From Bdellovibrionota bacterium (GTDB lineage Bacteria > Bdellovibrionota_C > UBA2361 > JBGSMV01): a stretch of DNA of 40,490 nt. The translations under genes and the position numbers were made by a program. The DNA lies in contig JBGSMV010000077.1 in the NCBI GenBank assembly GCA_041739995.1, positions 1-40,490 of the forward strand, read 5' to 3'. Below, one piece after another: positions 36,081-40,490 of this stretch. Numbering within the stretch: position 1 is the stretch's first letter; each line of letters begins with the position of its first letter. The notes below the pieces were generated by a model that was not told where the DNA came from, did not search any database, and worked only from the letters and a program-made list of their open reading frames with translations.

Positions 36081-37256
36081 ATGGGCATCGAACACGCACA
36101 ACTTCAGGAGTGGGCCTCCGCTCTAGGGCTTAGTTTTCTCGGCGCAGCGCCGGTTGGCCTGCCACTGGCAGAAGACCGAGAGCGCCTGCGCGTCTGGCAA
36201 GAAAGGCAGCAGCATGGCGGAATGGCCTTTATGGCGCGCCCACCGGAGCTGCTCACCACCCCCCATCAGCTCATGCCCAGTGCGACGTCTCTAGTCTCCT
36301 TCGCGGCCTTTTATGACCGCGGACCAGCACCCCACTCGCTTCCTGTCGGATTCGGGCGGGTGGCCCGCTACGCCTGGGGGCGTGACTATCATCGAGTGCT
36401 CAAGCGCACTTTGGAGCTACTGGTGGCGAAAGTGACATCAGCACTTGGGCGACCGGTGCAGGCCCGGATTTTCTCAGACGCGGTACCTTTGCTTGAGCGT
36501 GCGATTGGTAGGGAAGTGGGCGGGGGCTTCGTAGGTAAGAATACGATGCTGATTCAGCCCTCAGGCAGGGGCTCGTTCTTCTTTCTGTGCGAAGTGCTGT
36601 GGGATGTTGAGGTAGAGGACCAGAAGGAGGTTCGGAGCCCTTCGGAGAATCAAGGGAGCTGCGGCTCATGTACTCGCTGCGTGACGCGCTGCCCGACCGA
36701 AGCTTTCCCCGAGCCGTATGTGCTAGACGCCAGGCGTTGCATCTCTTACCTCAGCATTGAAAAGCGTGGAGCTCTGACAGAGTGGGAGCGAGCAGCGCTC
36801 GGAGAATGGGTTTTTGGGTGCGATGTGTGCCAAGAGGTCTGTCCGTTCAATCATCAGGCACTCAAGGCAGAGTCGCCAGCGTCGCTCGTTCAGTTAAGCG
36901 CCAGTTCTGGGGTAGGGCACCGGTTGGACCTTAAAGAACTACTTACTTTGAGAACCGACGGTGAGTTCGTTGAGCGCTTTGGCGGTACTGCGCTGATGCG
37001 TACAAAGCGCGAGGGCTTATTGAGAAATGCTTCGGTAGTTGCCGGAAACACAGTTGCTGAACAACTAGTAGATCAGTTGTCGGACTGTGTTCGCGAGGAC
37101 CCTAGCCCTGTAATTCGTAGCCATGCGCTGTGGGCGGTAGCGAAAATTCAGAACAAGGCAGGGGGATTCTCTGCTCACCTTGAGGGTCTGATAGCAATTG
37201 CACTTAAGGATGTGGATGCGCAGGTCAAAGCGCAAGGAGCCGCTCTTTTACTTTGA
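36081..37256 (+). CDS. queG: Epoxyqueuosine reductase
   Basis: ARYAWGRDYH, PLLERA, GKNT, CGSCTRCVTRCPT and FGCDVCQEVCP motifs; HEAT-like tail. Confidence 0.96.
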   Translation: MGIEHAQLQEWASALGLSFLGAAPVGLPLAEDRERLRVWQERQQHGGMAFMARPPELLTTPHQLMPSATSLVSFAAFYDRGPAPHSLPVGFGRVARYAWGRDYHRVLKRTLELLVAKVTSALGRPVQARIFSDAVPLLERAIGREVGGGFVGKNTMLIQPSGRGSFFFLCEVLWDVEVEDQKEVRSPSENQGSCGSCTRCVTRCPTEAFPEPYVLDARRCISYLSIEKRGALTEWERAALGEWVFGCDVCQEVCPFNHQALKAESPASLVQLSASSGVGHRLDLKELLTLRTDGEFVERFGGTALMRTKREGLLRNASVVAGNTVAEQLVDQLSDCVREDPSPVIRSHALWAVAKIQNKAGGFSAHLEGLIAIALKDVDAQVKAQGAALLL

Positions 37257-37259
37257 CTG

Positions 37260-37680
37260 CCATGCCTCTTGATGTACGAGCAAGACGAAGCAGTAATTTT
37301 TGCTGGTTGCTGCTCTCAGAGATTTGACCAATCAATTTCATTAGGCTCGCGTGCTGCGCTTAGCCTCAGGCGTTAGAATTTTTTTGTGAGCAAATCCTTA
37401 GCCGCATCTATCTCAAGGACTTATTCGGCAACGACTCTTTTCAGCTTCCGGTTCTCTTCCTCAAGCGACTTGATCCGCTTCAGATCGGTCACCGTTAACC
37501 CACCAAACTTCTGGCGCTAAAAGAAAAATGCCGCATCGCTCATCCCGTACCAGCGGCACAAATGCGCAACTGAGACGCCAGACTCCGCATCGTGCAGACT
37601 CCTCACGATTTTCTCTCCCCTGTCACAATTGAGGAGAAAAACTAACTTCAGGTTGGTTTAGACGCACGGGGGGCACGTCA
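37260..37680 (-). mobile_element. Decayed IS3-family (IS407-like) element: terminal IR, orfA and start of orfB
   Basis: End reads TGACGTGCCCCCC from 37680; A7 slippery run at 37379-37385; the other boundary is approximate. Confidence 0.85.
37373..37616 (-). pseudogene. IS3 orfA pseudogene
   Basis: EKIVRSLHDAESGVSVAHLCRWYGMSDAAFFF*RQKFGGLTVTDLKRIKSLEEENRKLKRVVAE*VLEIDAAKDLLTKKF; in-frame stops at 37517-37519 and 37421-37423; start codon lost. Confidence 0.88.
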
Positions 37681-37707
37681 CTGTCCCCTTTAGTGGTGAC
37701 TAAGAGC

Positions 37708-38316
37708 TCAAGAGTTGTGGGGGAGGGGTTGACGATCTTGTGGCTTGGCGGCGGAGTCATATTCGAATGATTGTTGACCGTTCTGCGGTGAATCAGCGGC
37801 ATTTGAGAGTGCCGATACTGCGGTCTCTCGAGCCTGTCGCAGCGCTGGATTTTCATCGGCGTCAGAAACCTTTTGCTGTCCGATGTGCCAGTTCAGAAAA
37901 GCACTAAAACCTTCAGCATCAGATAGGTTCATGTCATGAAGTTCCAGCTCGATCTCAGCCCCACCGGCCGTGTCTATATTGAGATCAGCCAGACCAAAAA
38001 GCCGCAAAAGAAATGGCCTCGCAATCTCGAAGTTCGTTATGCGATTAAGGGGAGCCACTCGCCGATGCTTTGAGAATATGCCGACCGAGAGTGAGATCTC
38101 GAGAGGAGTTATAGAATAGACGCTCGTCACTCGAGCGAGATACTGATAACCGACCACACCAATGCCCAAGAGAAGAAAGGCGCGATAGCTTAACTCGAAA
38201 TACTCCCAGTCCCAGGTCAGATAGGATTTGAGACCGAGGAGCGAGAGAAACAGGACTCCCCACGCCATAGCGATGCGACCCGAGGGGTGTACACTAATGT
38301 TATCTGGAAGTTGCAT
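37708..38316 (-). CDS. Bacterial PH-domain (bPH_2/DUF304) membrane protein
   Basis: Two TM helices, then Y.IT..I....GIFSK....PLNRI......FLLRLFGLADL.IDTAGG. Confidence 0.85.
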   Translation of the reverse strand: MQLPDNISVHPSGRIAMAWGVLFLSLLGLKSYLTWDWEYFELSYRAFLLLGIGVVGYQYLARVTSVYSITPLEISLSVGIFSKHRRVAPLNRITNFEIARPFLLRLFGLADLNIDTAGGAEIELELHDMNLSDAEGFSAFLNWHIGQQKVSDADENPALRQARETAVSALSNAADSPQNGQQSFEYDSAAKPQDRQPLPHNS

Positions 38317-38736
38317 GCCACAACTTTAGGTGGACCTTGCCTAGAACGCAACTTGAAGGCAGCAAGGCATGACAATTCGAAGTAAGGCCGTCTAATGAGC
38401 GGGCTTTCGATAGTGTTGGGACGTGGGGGCACAACCTACACAGAAGCAGGTCCCCATCCCGTAAGGCGCTTGCGCTAAACCCTGAACACTTACTTAATCG
38501 ATGCTACAACTTGCAGTCGCAAGTCGAATTCAGCTAAGCGCAGCAGAAAGAGACAAATGAAATTCAGTACGACGGTTCGCTCCTGTATTCACGCCATTGA
38601 ACCCGAGGACTCCCTGGATGCTTCTAGAAAGAATTCTCGTGTGCCTCTCGTATAATTTCAGTACTGTGTCGAAAAAGCTCAGTCCTAGATCGATCCTTGC
38701 AGAGCATTTTAAGGCAAGGACCTTCAAAAATTTAGT

Positions 38737-39360
38737 ATGGGAGAGTGTGCAGTGAATCTTTTGCCCAAGGTTTCCGGATTAAAGACTATTTTCATTTCTT
38801 GTGCGCTGGCCTGGTGCGGTGTTTACGTCAGTGCCTGTGCGCCAGGATTAGGAGAGAGATTTTCAGTCGCAAATGTTGAGGTAGTCTCCGTTGATAAGCT
38901 TTCGCCCGACCTTGAGCGAACGCGGGTGCGCTGGGGGACTTTTGTTGACGAGCGAATTCAGCGTGAGGTTGCGGATATCAACGGACGGAAGCTTGAGCCT
39001 GAAACAGATCCAGCTGTTGCGGCACGAAAGATCTTTGAAGCCCAATTTCGAGAGGGCGGAGTTCGGCCATCACTCTACGAAGGGGCAACCATCGATGCAG
39101 ACCTGATTGACTGGATGATTGATATTCAGCCTGGCTTCCCTTCGACGAAAATGGAGGCGCGAGCAAGTGTTCGATTAAAGATTTCACGAGAAGGTGGTCC
39201 TCAGCTCTACAGTGCGCGCTATAGTGGGGCGGTCTCTGTCGAGCATCCGATTGGCTCTACTGATCGTATCGAGGGCGTTTTCGCACAAGCAATGGCGGAA
39301 GCGGCCGCGGAAGCCTTGCATGATCATAGGCTGGTTGAAGCGTTAGCGGGATCTCAATAG
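38737..39360 (+). CDS. Putative lipoprotein (YajG-like fold possible)
   Basis: Lipobox VSAC; FVDER motif; alternating strands with a C-terminal helix. Start may be GTG 38752. Confidence 0.65.
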   Translation: MGECAVNLLPKVSGLKTIFISCALAWCGVYVSACAPGLGERFSVANVEVVSVDKLSPDLERTRVRWGTFVDERIQREVADINGRKLEPETDPAVAARKIFEAQFREGGVRPSLYEGATIDADLIDWMIDIQPGFPSTKMEARASVRLKISREGGPQLYSARYSGAVSVEHPIGSTDRIEGVFAQAMAEAAAEALHDHRLVEALAGSQ

Positions 39361-39370
39361 GGCGTAGGCG

Positions 39371-40387
39371 CTACTTACCTAAGTAGTCCTTAAACGGTTC
39401 AAGCGCTTGGAAAAGCGTCGTGAGGGTAATCTGCCGCCGATTTTGAAGCTCTTGGCTGCCTCGGTCTCCGTCGAAGTAGAGTTCAAAGGTAAGCGCGTAG
39501 CGCTGGTGTTCCAAGAATTCGGTTGGGCCTTGATGAGAGGAGGTCTCAGCTTGGCCGACCTCATCGGACATCCGGCTCGCGAATGGAGTAAGAAGCACGC
39601 GAACATTCTCGCTCAGCTCTGTTTGATCCAGCTCGCGTTCCACTGAAAAGCGTAGGTCGTCGAGTGCTCCCAAAGCGCCGGCAGGAGTTCCTTCCTCACA
39701 CATAAGGAGATGAGAGATAAGGCTCGCCTTAATGGGAATTCTAAGCCAAAGACTCGTTGCGCGGTCTTCGCAGGGGGCAAGCTCACGGGGAAATTGAATG
39801 TTCCCTATGTCTATAGCGAGACGCTCGCGCAAAGTGTCTTCAAGAAAGGCTCTTGCTATGAAGGGAGGAAAGGGGGCGTGGTTTGCGAAGGTAACTTCGG
39901 AAAGATTCGGCGCTTCAAATTCAGCCGCTTTGCGGGCCCAGAGAGAACCGATCTTAAGACCCTCGGTCTGGACTAGCTCGAACATCTTGGCCAGTCGGTC
40001 CATGAGATGTTCGTTTGCTGACTCTCGATAGGGTCCACTATGCAGGACTAAGGGTAAAGATAGGCGTAGAAAGCTACTCTCTCTGACTTTGCCGAATTCG
40101 CGGTAGTGCCGCCCCTGGCCGATAGAAACCACTGCTAGAGTGAAACTTTGTTCATCGGCAAAAATCTTAAACGCCCCAAGGCTACGTTCTTTTCCTGACT
40201 CAATGATATCAACGAGAATACCTCTACCTAACTGACCGTTCGACCAGGGGGTATTGTTTTTGCCTCTTGCCAGGGCGCCTAACTCATCGGCAGGAATGTT
40301 AATGGCCAAAAAGCGTACGTCATGTTCCTCCTGCATGGTGCAGCGCGGAACAGTGGTATCTCCAACCTTGAATTTCCCCTCAAACAT
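39371..40387 (-). CDS. Hypothetical protein
   Basis: 338-aa ORF convergent with the lipoprotein gene; no motif recognised and no clear RBS. Confidence 0.6.
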   Translation of the reverse strand: MFEGKFKVGDTTVPRCTMQEEHDVRFLAINIPADELGALARGKNNTPWSNGQLGRGILVDIIESGKERSLGAFKIFADEQSFTLAVVSIGQGRHYREFGKVRESSFLRLSLPLVLHSGPYRESANEHLMDRLAKMFELVQTEGLKIGSLWARKAAEFEAPNLSEVTFANHAPFPPFIARAFLEDTLRERLAIDIGNIQFPRELAPCEDRATSLWLRIPIKASLISHLLMCEEGTPAGALGALDDLRFSVERELDQTELSENVRVLLTPFASRMSDEVGQAETSSHQGPTEFLEHQRYALTFELYFDGDRGSQELQNRRQITLTTLFQALEPFKDYLGK

Positions 40388-40490
40388 TAGAGAAGGAGGG
40401 AATCGTCGCTTCGTCTCTCGTTGTAAAGAATGGACGAAATCCGCGGCAGGAACTGGCTTAGAGCGAGAGTCCGGAGAGCCCGGTTGGAAT

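Overview
Bacterial chromosomal window of about 54% GC (estimated by eye). The gene mix suggests a Gram-negative, Deltaproteobacteria/Bdellovibrionota-like organism carrying several Planctomycete-type genes (inference). From left to right: (1) the distal end of an integron-type gene cassette array at 1-1.8 kb, with three complete attC-like hairpins, one truncated one, atypical GTTATCC/GGATAAC cores and no integrase in the window; (2) a DUF883 / holin-like / DUF3618 triad; (3) an envelope and sulfur block (DUF1501, PSD1/PSCyt cytochrome, GT-C-like membrane protein, aryl-sulfate sulfotransferase, sulfatase); (4) an ORFan, a stand-alone FliG-C-like gene, an S8 protease and a large Cys/Asp-repeat secreted protein; (5) core genes gap-tpiA, tolQ-tolR-tolA-tolB-pal-cpoB-ribF-rluD-pgeF, DUF465, a CPBP protease, a polyprenyl synthase, tRNA-Glu and queG; (6) a decayed IS3 and three further genes. 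Non-coding highlights are a roughly 165-nt rod-shaped RNA candidate whose base stem competes with a terminator upstream of a small gene of unknown function, and about a dozen unrelated short tandem repeat arrays (mostly 14-18 bp units) at gene boundaries. All family calls come from motif recognition by eye; no database searches were run.
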